Position numbers and translations under genes: made by a program. The notes beneath the pieces were generated by a model. It saw only the letters and a program-made list of their open reading frames with translations, did no database searches and was not told the origin of the DNA. 64,000 nucleotides of DNA, from the NCBI RefSeq assembly GCF_001447785.1, contig NW_015173675.1, forward strand, positions 704,643 to 768,642, given 5' to 3'. Source of the stretch: Gekko japonicus. Lineage: Eukaryota. Below are positions 11,942-24,016 of the stretch, one piece after another (position 1 is the stretch's first letter; the number at the start of each line of letters is the position of its first letter).

Positions 11942-14922
11942 GTGAGGACCCTGTTGAAAGCCAAGCCCAGAGACCAGGCTCCAGCTGCCTTTGCTGCCTG
12001 CCTGTGTTTTCAAAACAAAGAACAAGCTCTGTCCTGTTTGCTCCTGACGCAGAGACTGACAGGTGTTCTTGGCTTACCTGCATTTGACTCCAGCAGCGAC
12101 ACCAAAATAGCTGTGGCAGGCCTCACAATCCCTCCATGCTCTGTGAAATTTCACACTTCTTCTTAGGAGGAGTTCAGAGGCAGAGGGACCTTCAGAAGCT
12201 CTAGCTGTGGCTGCAGGTGTGGTCAATATCAGATAATCTAACACATAAGTCCTTTTCAGACATTATCATTGTGTATACTAGGAGCCCACCAACCGCACAT
12301 AATGGGAACACACTACATCCAGGAAATTTGTGATCTGCACACTCACCGTGTTGTGTAAATATGGGCAACACACTTATTTACCATTTCCATAGGACCTCGG
12401 TATATGTGAACATGAACACTGCACACCAGAGTTGTAAATACATGCATATATTAGAATCGTAGAATCCTAGAGTTGGAAGGGACCTCCAGGGTCATTCGTA
12501 CAGCCATGCCATGTGCGCCCATGGCATGCGGTTGGCATGTCTGAAGAATGTCTGTTCCCTTATTCGTATGCAAGCAGTTCTTTGATGAAGCAATTGAAAC
12601 AAATGTCCAGAATTAGTAGCATCTCTCATCACTACCACACTAAAAAACACTTTAGTCACCACTCCCCATTGTTATGATACTACATCATGAACCATTTGAC
12701 TTTCTAGCACAAGCATAACTCTTATACTGAACCACTCTCTGTAGGGAACCAGCTGCTCTGTGGCTTCAGCAATCCCTAATGCAGCCTCTCTCTACCAGCT
12801 GCCCTGTCTTCTTAAGTAGGGTTCACCCTCAGCAGGGGTGATGCTTGCCTGTGCCCCAACTGTGCTCTGAGTGAGCTACTTCCAATGGCAGACTGTTTTC
12901 CCCAGCGGAGAGAGGCGGACAGATGGGGAACTGAGTTTGGCTCACTTGAAACAGACTTTAGATGAGCTGGGACTTGAGTCTCCCAAAACCTAGTCCAAAT
13001 GGCAATACCTGCTGATATCTTCCTTTTCTTTATTACTGGTGAAATGCAATCGGCCCCAGTGCTGCTCCCTGATCACCAGCAGCAGTTATGGTGTGTTTGG
13101 AGCTCCTGGCTTGTGGGGGCCGGGTCACCAGGACAAGCTGTATGCGGATGCAGTCATGCTCTTGCTTTCCTGGGAGTTTTCCAAACTAAACTGATTGTGC
13201 CTTGCTTCTGAGGAAGCACACTTGAGACTGCATACAGCCTAACCCGGCTCTGTGGCCAGTGCAGAATTGATCTCTGGAATGCCAAGCAAAGCCATGTATC
13301 TAAACAGTAAATTAATCGACATGTGAATCAAGTCATGTAATTAAATGGAAGGAGGAGGGAACCCTGTGTATGCCACTCTGAGCTCCTAGAAGAAAGGGGG
13401 GTATGAAATGCAGAAGTGAGAATCTGTTAAAGCAGCAAAGCTGCGTAGCCTCAAAGTGTTGAGAACCAAGATCAGATTAATAAAGATTTTACAATAAATC
13501 CTCAATGTTACATGCACCTAAAAACTGGAAGAAATCATAATTATACTTCTGTGTCTTGATTCAGCTGCCAGAAATTCTGCTTTCTGCTTGCTACATTTTC
13601 TGTCCCGTACCTGAATTCCCCAAGCACTATATGCATGTGCCTTGCATCATCTTCCCTTTTGAGAACTGGAATGACTGGTAGGGAAATCCTAAGCAGAGTT
13701 ACATCCTTCTAAGCCCATTGACTTAAGTGAACTTAGAAAGATGTAACTGTTTAGGATTGACCTGTTGTCGACTGAGAGACTGGCCTGGCCGGGATCGTAG
13801 CCACTCTCTATGAATGGCTGGCTGAATGGGTGAAATCTTCTAGAACCCCTTTTGAAAGATGCATTAAATCAAAGTGTGGTGAGCTAAGATCTTACCTCTT
13901 GGCTGTGTCAGAACACTCACTCAAGCCGTTGCCAGAGGGCCTCACCACTTCATTTAATGGTCTCAATCCACTCTGTGAAAAGGACCCGTGCAAACAAAGA
14001 AGTAACTGTTGTAGTGGCCACTTGAAATCCGAATTATGCACAGGCCACCCCACATGTGTATTCATGCATAGCACCTTGCCATACAGAGCCGTGGGGACCA
14101 CAGTACTGGTGTGCAGCAGCATAGTGAAGTGGCTGGCCCGGCATACAAGTGGCTGCCCAAAACAGCTGCTCACACAACAGCCACCTCTCTGCTTCGGATA
14201 TCACAGGTCCACTTGTATGGTATGAGTATTACCTGACTAGCCATATTTGAGAGTGTTCTGACATTTCAAAAATAACAATGGTTTCAAACCGTTGAGAGGT
14301 TCCGAAAAGAAAGTGAGCTATAGACTGTTTTTCACCGGTTGGACTATGAGCTGTTTGCAAGATGTTTCTCGGTACCGCTTGTGTCTGCATGGCTGATCAG
14401 TGCTTTTGCCCAGTCAGGCAGAAGAAATCCTGAGCCCATTCTGGCTCGCTGGTGCTGAGAAGGCCGGGCATTTCTACACAAGACCCAAACCTGATGTGGG
14501 ACTGTTTCCAAGGCTTGGGAGCTCATTGAGTGTGCAGGCAAACTCTCCATTTGTCCACGTAGCAGCCTGACTAAACATCTTGGCAAAGCTGCAGCACATC
14601 TTATTGCCCTAAGGAATCGGTTAGGTGATGTGCAGCATCTGGAACCTGTAGTTTTTAATTAACTTTATGATTATTTAGCATCATTATAGCGTGTTCGGGA
14701 TTGTTGCCTTGTGCTAGCCCTTAATCAGCTTGGCAGAGCTGTCAGTTCAGAAGCAGTTCGGCAGGCAAAAAGAATACCCCAGTGCCATTTAAGCAGCATG
14801 GAGAAGACAAAGTTTGTAAAACCAGGAGTTTGTCAGGTTGAATGAAGAGACATGGTGTGTGTGTGTGCCTGTATCCAAGAGAGGGCTTTTCCTTAATTTT
14901 TCTAACTCTCTCCTGTCTCCAG

Positions 14923-15089
14923 TTGTCATGTGTGTGGATTTGAAACCGAGATGAATGTCCAGTTTGTCAGTCATATGTCGCTTCATGTGGATAAAGAACA
15001 GTGGATGTTTTCTATTTGCTGCACAGCCTGTGATTTTGTTACCATGGAGGAGTCAGAGATGAAGGCTCACGTCACCACCAAGCATGCAG
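14923..15089 (+). CDS. ZNF827: ZNF827 coding exon (SCHVCGFETEMNVQFVSHMSLHVDKEQWMFSICCTACDFVTMEESEMKAHVTTKHA)
   Basis: Polypyrimidine tract plus ccag acceptor, G|GTGATA donor. Phase 2 in, phase 1 out; two finger motifs. Confidence 0.95.
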
Positions 15090-15133
15090 GTGATAACTGA
15101 TCTCTGCGTCTGCAGTTGGCTCATGCTGCCATA

Positions 15134-15377
15134 GATAAGCATATGGAGCAGATAGATATAGATATATAGATAACGTATAGATAGGAACTTTCAGTCTGGG
15201 GCAAGTAATGCATTGTATTCTTGGTGCTTGGGGGGGGGGATGGGAAGGCTTCTAGTGTCCTGGCCCGACTGATGGACCTCCTGATGGCACCTGGTATTCT
15301 TGGCCACTGTGTGACAGAGTGTTGGACTGGATGGGCCATTGGCCTGATCCAACATTGGCTTCTCTTATGTTCTTATG
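15134..15377 (+). mobile_element. CR1 3' tail fragment
   Basis: Near-identical to 38750-38943; ends TTCTTATGTTCTTATG. Confidence 0.9.
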
Positions 15378-16773
15378 CTTCCCAACTTTCCCCCTGAATT
15401 TTGTTGTTGGTGTCAGCACAGTTGGACCCCCTGGCTTGGTAAAATTCTGTTGGTACAAAACTCTTGTGCATAATTAGGGGGCAAATTGGTATAAACATTC
15501 ATGTGTTAGAATTGCATAATTTAGCGTTGTTTCCTTTTTTTAAAATTTAATGTGACCCTTAAATAGCCATGGGTGTTGTGTGAAGTGTTTGGAGTGTTAA
15601 TTGTTTCCATTAGATAAGAGAATAAACTCACCAGACACCTCTTCACATTTCCAGAGTGTGCTTGCCTTTGCAAATGCCCTGTATGCTGTAGTGTAAGAAT
15701 CATCCCGGATTCTTTGCATGTTCTCATAAATGGAAACAAATAGTGCTGAGTTGTAAACTCATTGTCATAATACACCAGACCAGTGCTGGCTCCCCCTTCT
15801 CCCCCAGCTATTGGCAGTGCCCAGAAAAGATGCATTTTAGGTAGAAAGGGATATGGGAATTTCAGAAAGGGCAGAACCCAAGAAGAAGCTTTAGTCTAGA
15901 CTTTGCCTTCCTGCTATCAGTGAAATAATAGAGAACCCCTGCCTATCTGAAATGAAGTTCCTTTTGGGGCCTCTTAAATGAAACGGAATCCCATGATCCA
16001 GAGTGGAAAGAGGTCCACCCAACACAAACATATCCATGATCTCTGCCCACAAAACACACTGACCCCAAACACCCAGAGCATGATGAAGCAGGTTTCCCTA
16101 AATGGTACACACAATGCAGATTTCCAAAGCCACGCAGTCCTACAGACCTGTATTTTAGACATGTTAAACTTTTAGGCTTGTTAATGTCTCAAGCAAAAGC
16201 AGCTTCTCTGAAGAATTTTGTTAGGAAAGAAAAAAGTAGCTGTAATAACTCCATAGCACCCAATACCAGAACAGAACTTCACTAGAACATAAGGTAGGCC
16301 TGGTCAGGGCCCTGTTAGACCATAACCAGCCACATCCAACAACCAACAACAGGACTGAAAAGTGAAGCTAAAGCAAAGGCTTTTACCTTAAGGGATCATG
16401 TTAAAATAACAATACCATTCACTAAGTGAATTTCAACAAATTCACACCTACCCATGATATAACATTAGCCACTTTGTTATAGATGTGTAATGAACCCTTG
16501 CTCACTTTCGCATTATTGCATGGATTTTATCTTGATTAAAAAAAAAAAACTCTCATTGCCCAAGTCTAGTAAGAGTTACATGGCTACAGGTGATTGAAAC
16601 TAAGAATGCATGACAAGTCCACAGAGACATCCGCAGCAGGGATGTCTCCTCTGAAAAATGTTAAGGCAAAACAGGAGTGAGAAGTTTGTCTCGGTAGATG
16701 AGGACATGAACCTGATACTAATAAACAAGTTAATGCTTTAGGCTGATTTGTTTGTTTTTTCCCCCCTGCCTAG

Positions 16774-16965
16774 GTGAAGAGAGGAAGACACCCAGTGACT
16801 CAAACAGTCCTTCTTCTTCCTCCCTGTCAGCACTTAGTGATTCTGCCAACAGCAAAGAAGATGTCGAGATCAGCCCCAAACCCAAGAGTTCAAACAACCT
16901 GTTAGTTATTTCTGTAGTGCCTGGTAGCCAGACCTTATTAAGCACGGAAGAGAAGTCAGAAAAAG
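16774..16965 (+). CDS. ZNF827: ZNF827 coding exon, Ser-rich linker (GEERKTPSDSNSPSSSSLSALSDSANSK...EKSEK)
   Basis: cctag acceptor, AAG|GTAAA donor. 192 nt, phase 1/1. Confidence 0.95.
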
Positions 16966-17063
16966 GTAAAAAGCTGGCTAAATAGATGCAAAGTCGCAGC
17001 CTCCACTTGCTCAAGGCTGAGATGTGTGAGTTAGGTAATAGTGTCTGTGGTTTCCCTTTGCAG

Positions 17064-17241
17064 GTTTTGAATGTGTTTTCTGTAACTTTGTCTGCAAAAC
17101 AAAAAACATGTTTGAGCGCCATTTGCAAATCCACCTGATCACACGGATGTTTGAATGTGATGTGTGCCACAAGTTCATGAAGACTCCTGAGCAATTACTG
17201 GAGCACAAGAAATGCCACACTGTCCCCACTGGTGGGCTCAA
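17064..17241 (+). CDS. ZNF827: ZNF827 coding exon (GFECVFCNFVCKTKNMFERHLQIHLITRMFECDVCHKFMKTPEQLLEHKKCHTVPTGGL)
   Basis: Follows a 98-bp intron; tttgcag acceptor, AA|GTAAGG donor; two C2H2 fingers. Confidence 0.96.
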
Positions 17242-19316
17242 GTAAGGAAAGCAAGTACACAAATTTTTACTGTGTTCAGTACCTCAAATATTGCGGGCGC
17301 AGAAACAGAGAAGTAAACCTGGAGGGGATTCATTTTGGTTGAAGAGTCAAAGTCTAGGATGTTTGGTCTGAAGAGTGTTTTTAACTTTCATTGGCTGCCT
17401 AAACTCTAGTCCCCCCTGGCAGAGTAATCACTGTACTGAACGGTGGTTGACACAAATGCAGACAGCTTTAGTTTGCAGATGAATATGTCTCCACTAGGGC
17501 CTCTGCAGCTAAAGCAGCTCTTTACAGTCAGGCAGTTTTTACTCCTTCTACGTAGATCTTTAAAACAATTATCTGTATCATGATTAAAAATGAAAATTGG
17601 GAGTTGGATCTCACACTCATTGCAGATCTTTCCCACATTCCCCTCCTTCCAGCACTTCTTACCGGCCCTGGGAAAGTTTATTTCCGGAATTGAGGACCCA
17701 CCTGGACTAATAGCTACACAGGTCAGGAGGCTGCAGTGGGGCGGGGGAAGGGAGTGAGGTGGAAGAAACCGAAAAAGTGATTTTGTACCCTTGCATCTGC
17801 AGATTGTGGGATCCAACCCAATAAATTGCAAAAATTAACAATTTTGCCTGGAAACTCGTATGCATTCAAATGAACACATGAAACTCGTGTATGTGGAAGC
17901 TGTTCCCATCAATACAGTGAAAGGGCAGTTTGGCACCCGAAGTGATGCATGTATGGTTCTACCTTTGAAATGAACAGTTCTTATGGGTATGGGAGCTCTG
18001 TTTAAGCTCTGGAGCTCCCTCGTATGTAGGAGATCACTGGATCAAAGTATATCTTTTTTGCACATTCTTCATATCCAGATTCCATACCTCAGAAATTAAG
18101 AGCAATTGCTGCAACCCTGTTGCTGTTACCTTTTTGTTGGCTTGGTTTGCTAAAGCCCCACTAAATCAGTTGGTTGGTGGCACTCAGAAAGAAGATGATT
18201 GCTGAAGCATAATTCTTCGTAAAGTTACCTATCCCTGCTTCTATTTTGACTCTTCTTCCTTGTGTTAAATTTTGAAGGGCATGAAGCTTGGGCCTCCTTC
18301 AGAACCGTGCACTTGATGCTTGGTTTCAAAAGGGTGCATCTTGCGATTAATTGACTCCAACGCTTTTGGCATAGTGCCAAGACATGCTGATTATTTAGGG
18401 GAGGTTTTGCTTCTTACTGAGAGCTGAAACAAGATTAAATTGTGAGATCCATCTTTGGATTTTAAACCTTGGAAACTAGTTCTCACTAGGGTTTCCAGGT
18501 GTCCTGCTATGGGGGGAGACCTCCTGCTGGCAATCCCACTCTTACCCACTGCCACCCTGGTGGCTGGTGGGAGAGAAATACATTTAAAAATGGCCATCGG
18601 TGCGATGGTCTTGCGTCAGTTCAGGGGGGAACCCAGAATTGATGTCACTCTATTATTAAGAATCACCAGAAACTCTTTTGGAGGTTTTCCCTGAAAGTGA
18701 CATAATTTGGTTTGTGCTGATGCCCCCCCCCCCCAAGACTACCGCCGGCTGATGGCAATGCTATTTCTCACTTTATTTATAAAACATCTGCATCACCTTT
18801 CAACTTAAAATGCTCAACACAACCTTACATGTATGAGTGACATGTTTTAAGAGACAGGCAGATTGGAATTGCTGATACCCCATAGTGGCATCTTCCTGAC
18901 AAAGCTCAACCCTTACCAGGTTCGGTTATGGAAAACAAAGTGTTGCATATGGTTATTTGTCTCTGATTGAACTTATTGTCCCTGTCACATCATGCAGCCA
19001 TCAAATTCCATAGAACCTGGATAAGTGTCGAGATTGGAATTGACATTCGCATTGCAGATCACCCTTGCTTTGGATCAAGGTTGTCTGTGGGAGAGGCAAA
19101 AGAGCCCATAATGTTTCACTTCAAAGAATTTGGTATTCAGTCCTTTTATGTTTTAAACAGCCTTAAACTAAGTTTGTGTCTCTGTACTAAACGAAGCACA
19201 CCACATTCTTACAGCGAGAATGTTCACATATCTTGATTGTCTGAAATGAAATTAGTGAAACAGAACATGGTAGTTTACCTAGAATCAACTGTCGACATTT
19301 CTTTGGTTTTTGATAG

Positions 19317-20124
19317 GTGCCCATTCTGTATTTACTCCACAAACCGTCCAGCAGCAATGGAATGCCATTTGAAGACCCACTATAAAATGGAGTACAAGTG
19401 CCGGATCTGCCAGGCAGTGAAAGCCAATCAGCTGGAGCTGGAAATGCACATCCGGGAGCATCGCCTTGGCAACCATTACAAATGTGACCAGTGTGGCTAT
19501 CTTTCAAAGACAGCCAACAAGCTGATAGAGCACGTGCGTGTACACACTGGGGAGCGCCCTTTTCACTGTGACCAGTGCAGCTACAGCTGCAAACGCAAAG
19601 ACAATCTCAACCTGCACAAGAAGCTCAAGCATGCTCCGCGCCAGACTTTCAGCTGCGAAGAGTGCCTCTTCAAGACCACCCACCCATTTGTCTTCAGCCG
19701 CCACGTGAAGAAACACCAAAATGGGGACTACTCCGAAGAGGAGAAGAAGGGCCAGGGGGCCAGCTCCAAGGAAGCGAGTCCTCTTCTTGCTGCCAACAGT
19801 TCCCGAAGCCTCTTATCGCCTCTCTCAGTGATGTCAGCTTCCCAGGCTCTGCAGACAGTGGCCATGTCGGCTGCTCACGGCGGAGGGGCCGAGTCAAATG
19901 TGGCACTTAAGGCCTTGGCCGTCAATGGCACTTCCCTGTGTTTTGACAAGTATCGAAACTCTGAGTTTGCCCACCTCATTCCCTTAACCATGTTTTTCCC
20001 CAAGAACCACTTTGATACCACATTCCATCCACCCAGGCCACAGACTGTATGTCTGGGTGACTGTTCGCCGAAGCACTCCTTCCTTGCCTACCTAGGACTA
20101 ACTGAAAGGGCAGAAACTGTCTGA
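19317..20124 (+). CDS. ZNF827: ZNF827 terminal coding exon (long isoform): five C2H2 fingers and a C-terminal tail ending ...ERAETV*
   Basis: ttggtttttgatag acceptor. Phase 2 join gives AA|G TGC CCA TTC = KCPF. Fingers CPFC, CRIC, CDQC (TGERPF linker), CDQC, CEEC; TGA at 20122-20124. Confidence 0.92.
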
Positions 20125-20557
20125 AGACAGCCACATTCTGTACCAAAAATATTCCCCCTCCCACAACAGACATCCAGCAGGTATATGCATTGCTCTAAAC
20201 CATGCACCCCAGAGGTATGACTGGCTGAACATTTGTACTATAGATCATTAGTAGTAAGGTATAGACAAAAAAAAATGGCTCTGTGTGTCTCCTTAATGCA
20301 TTGACATGAAGGCTGCTTTATTAAAATCTTCAGAGAGGTGACCTCCTACATACTTCTACCTTCAGAGGCATGTTCCCAGTACTCTTATCTAAGAAACACT
20401 TTTGTCTTGTTTAAGCTGAACAAGAGTGTCCTTAATGGCAAAAGATGACATATTGATGCATTTTCCATTTCGGGTTGGTGAGTGTGAGTGAGTCTGAAAG
20501 TCTGTCTGCAGTGTGCCATGACATTACCTTTGCACATCCTTTTGTACTTTATTTAAT

Positions 20558-20770
20558 AGGAACACATGAAGCTGCCTTATACTAAGTCAGGCGACTGGTC
20601 CACCCAGGCCAGTGTTGTCTACTCTTCACTGGCAGCAGCTCTCCAAGGCCTGAGATGGTCTAAGGCCAGCACTTGCTATCTGAGTCTTTAACCAGAGAAG
20701 GCAGGGACTACGAATGGGACCTTTAGCCATGCAAAGCATATGCTCTGCCAATGAGCTGTGGTCCTTCCCT
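20558..20770 (-). mobile_element. Degenerate tRNA SINE (same family as 46782) inside the ZNF827 3'UTR
   Basis: GAACACATGAAGCTGCCTTAT...GGCAGCAGCTCTCC...TGCTCTGCCAATGAGC is the reverse complement of the family sequence. Confidence 0.78.
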
Positions 20771-23700
20771 TTGTGATCATTATTGCAATTCTGCAGGTTC
20801 ACTTCCTTGCCTAATTGTCTTTATTTTACAATTCTTGGAATGTGGAAACAACAACTTTTTAGTCTAAGATGGAGAAGAAGGGGCATACCAGGCACTGCAG
20901 CATATGGTTGCTGCCTTGGCCTCAAATCAAGGTGGAAGAAGAGGAGACAAAATTGCTTTGAGTCGTGCAAATTGAGGGGCTTTTCATGTGTTACATTTTT
21001 CCTTCATGGAGCTGATGTTCATGTGGGCGAATGCATGTACACTCTAGTATTTGTTCTTTTTTTGGCTGTGTTCGCAAATAGGGCTCTTGCTGTGTACTTA
21101 TGCACTGCCCAAAATTAGCACTCCTGCCACCCTTAAAATGTCACAGTGAACACACATGGAGATTACCCCCATGTAGGAAACATGTGAAGCGTGAACTAGC
21201 CCTGAACGAAATATGGCAGTGATCCACATGAGGGTATAGATAAACCTGTAAACAGGAAGTGCATTTCATGCATGCACAAGGTCAGTTTTTCATTATATCC
21301 ATGTAATTCAAGGCCACGTCTTACAGTACCTTTTGTACTGGAGTACAGATACCAGTGTACAAATTGCACATGCCAGGCATCAGTTTTAAAGGGCATGCAT
21401 GCATTGCATTGAAATTGCTCTTTTCTTTAGTAAACTGTTTTGATGCAAGAGCCCAATACTCTTCTGTCTAGTTTGCCAAGAAAAAAGGTGATTTAAATGC
21501 AGTTGTACCATTGCATTTTGCAACTGATGCAAGGCCAAGTACAAAAAGGTATTATAAGAAGCAGCCCTCCGATCAGGTCCAGATCATGGTATATTGTTAA
21601 CCCATACACATTCTCAAACTGTATAAATGCAGTGGCGAACTTGGTTTGCAAGAGTGTACAAGTAAAATTCTATGGTGATTAAATCCAGGAAAGGGGATTT
21701 TAAAAGGAAGAGTTTGGTAAATTCTGGGTATAAATACTCAGACTAAATAAAGGCAGGTTTTGCACAGTGCTTGAGTCTTGCACTAGTATGTTTCTCACTT
21801 GCAAAAAAAGTAAGAAAGAAAGCATAGAAGATGCAAATGTTTCTTTTGTGGACTGAAGGAATATCAGATTGTATATTTGAAGTTAACAGCACATTCTTTT
21901 AAACAAAATGACAAAAAGGTGCTGTTTAACCAATATGGTTCTCTTTTATATGCCCAGCTTTTCAGCTATATTTTCAAATTTTGAGTCTCTGTACACATTA
22001 CCCTTCATGTTATTTGTAATCCTTTATATTATTTTGTTAATGCCTACTCTAGTATACTCTTCTAGGAAGCTAACTTTATATTTTCTTAAAGCTCTTACTT
22101 TGTGGTCATTAAAATGACGTAACTATTGCACTTTATTGCAGTAAGGAGCAAATGTGGCATTCCTAATAGATGATCTAAGTCAACTCATATCTCATCCCAC
22201 CATTTAATTTTTTTCTCACCCGTGCACTGATGTTTATTGTGTATTGGCATCTCATCCAGTTTCTGCCACTTAACACATATGTGGAAAGGAATCCAAATCT
22301 GTGTAAATGTTAAAGTACTTGAAACTTTACAATCGAGGATGTGAAGGAAGAATCCCAACCCTAAATATTAAGAAGTTCAAATATTAAGAAGTTGCAAGAT
22401 AACTACAATCAAGGTAATGAGCCCACACAAGAATGTAGTCAGCATGTTGCTTCCCCTAGCTAATCTATTACAGTTAAATGTCATTATTTGAGTTGTTCCT
22501 AACAAATCTTGTTAATTGCTCTTGTCTTGATTAAAATTGCTTTTTGGTACTCATCCTACAAGTTGCTCTGCTGGCAAATAGGTGCTTAACATAAGTTCAG
22601 GTGTAGTGTCATGACCTAAGACCTTACAATGGCATTCTTTCCCCAAGTGTGATGGCACAGTAGTGCCCAGTAATGGTCACCCATCAATGATGTGGCAGAG
22701 CATCATCATGCAAATTCTGCTACATGACAAAGGGATAGGTAGAGAAGAGGGCTATGACAGAGGAATCCCCCCCCCCAGCTATACAGTAAAGCATCCAAAG
22801 GGAATAGCAGCCACGGTAGACCTACCTAGGTCAGATGCTGCTGTGAGCTGTTTCCATGCAGTAAGGTGGTGTTTTGCATAATATAACAGGTATGACCTAC
22901 TTCCCTTTTCCAGAATGCCGCTGTAGCTAGATTGACAGACACACAAATGGCTGCATTTCCTATCTATCTGTTGGGGGGGGGGGGTTGGATGCAATCTTGA
23001 TTCATAAACTTGACTGCAGTCTTGCCACTGAGTAGAACAGGTTCAGTTTCATCCTTTTCTAGGAATTTTAAGAAGAAGAGGGACTTGTCCACTGGGAAGC
23101 TATTTACAAGTAGGGTTTTTAAAAAAAATAAAAAGGGAGTTCATTTATACCATAAATTTTGGAACTTTGATTCTGTTAGCAATCACTGTGATTTACTAAA
23201 TACATTCAAGATGTTTCTGGTCAACTCTCCAAACGATCAAGCAGAGACCTTATTAAAAACAAAAATACTAATTAGTTTGCCAGCAAGTAAGCTACACACG
23301 CATAGGAATGTTAAAGGAAGATGTTCTGTAAACCACAATGGTGCAATATACATAGGAACGTCAAGGAATGAGAGTATTATGATGCTGTAAGCAACTTAAT
23401 GCCTTGGGTTTAACCATTTTCCTTTGTATTTGTCATAGTTATGCTTAATGTAATTGGGCAGCTTTATTTAGCACTTTGGACACTGAATTATTTCTGGAAA
23501 GTTAGTTATACATGACTTCTGAGTGAGAAAAAGAATGCATCTGGAGGTGTTTTTTTATTTTTTTAAGAAAAAAATATACAGTATTTATAAAGGCCCTTGC
23601 ATATACAACAATTGGTTTCCTGTTTGACACTAAAGAAAGGAATGCTCTCTATAGATATCCTTTGCTTGTTTCACATTTCTGTTGAATTCTTTAAAGACAC

Positions 23701-24010
23701 TCACTTTGTATCTGCTTTTCCCCGCTGTGCATTCTTTGAGATAGGCTGGTTTCTCATTTTCCATCCAGTAATTTGGTTACTTTCTTTCAGCACTTTTCTC
23801 GCTTCCCCCTCTCCTTTTTAACTTGCTGTATCATATCCAAATATCACACTGTCAAGGTTTGTGTACATTAATGGAAATTTGTATTGTATAAAGCTTTTTT
23901 GCATTATAAGGCTGTACAGGGTCATTTTGACAGTAACTGGTATATTTCTTTGCATCTTACGTTGCATTGCCAATTTCTAGTGTATCCAGTTTGGAAGTAT
24001 ATATACTCTA

Positions 24011-24016
24011 ATTAAA
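24011..24016 (+). terminator. Candidate polyadenylation signal ATTAAA for ZNF827
   Basis: Hexamer at the end of the UTR-like tract with a downstream T-rich element; other candidate hexamers exist. Confidence 0.5.

Noticed and set aside
19237-19316. N-terminal part of the 295-aa ORF as a standalone zinc-finger gene
   Set aside because: This is intronic sequence; the exon starts at the acceptor at 19317 in phase with upstream ZNF827.
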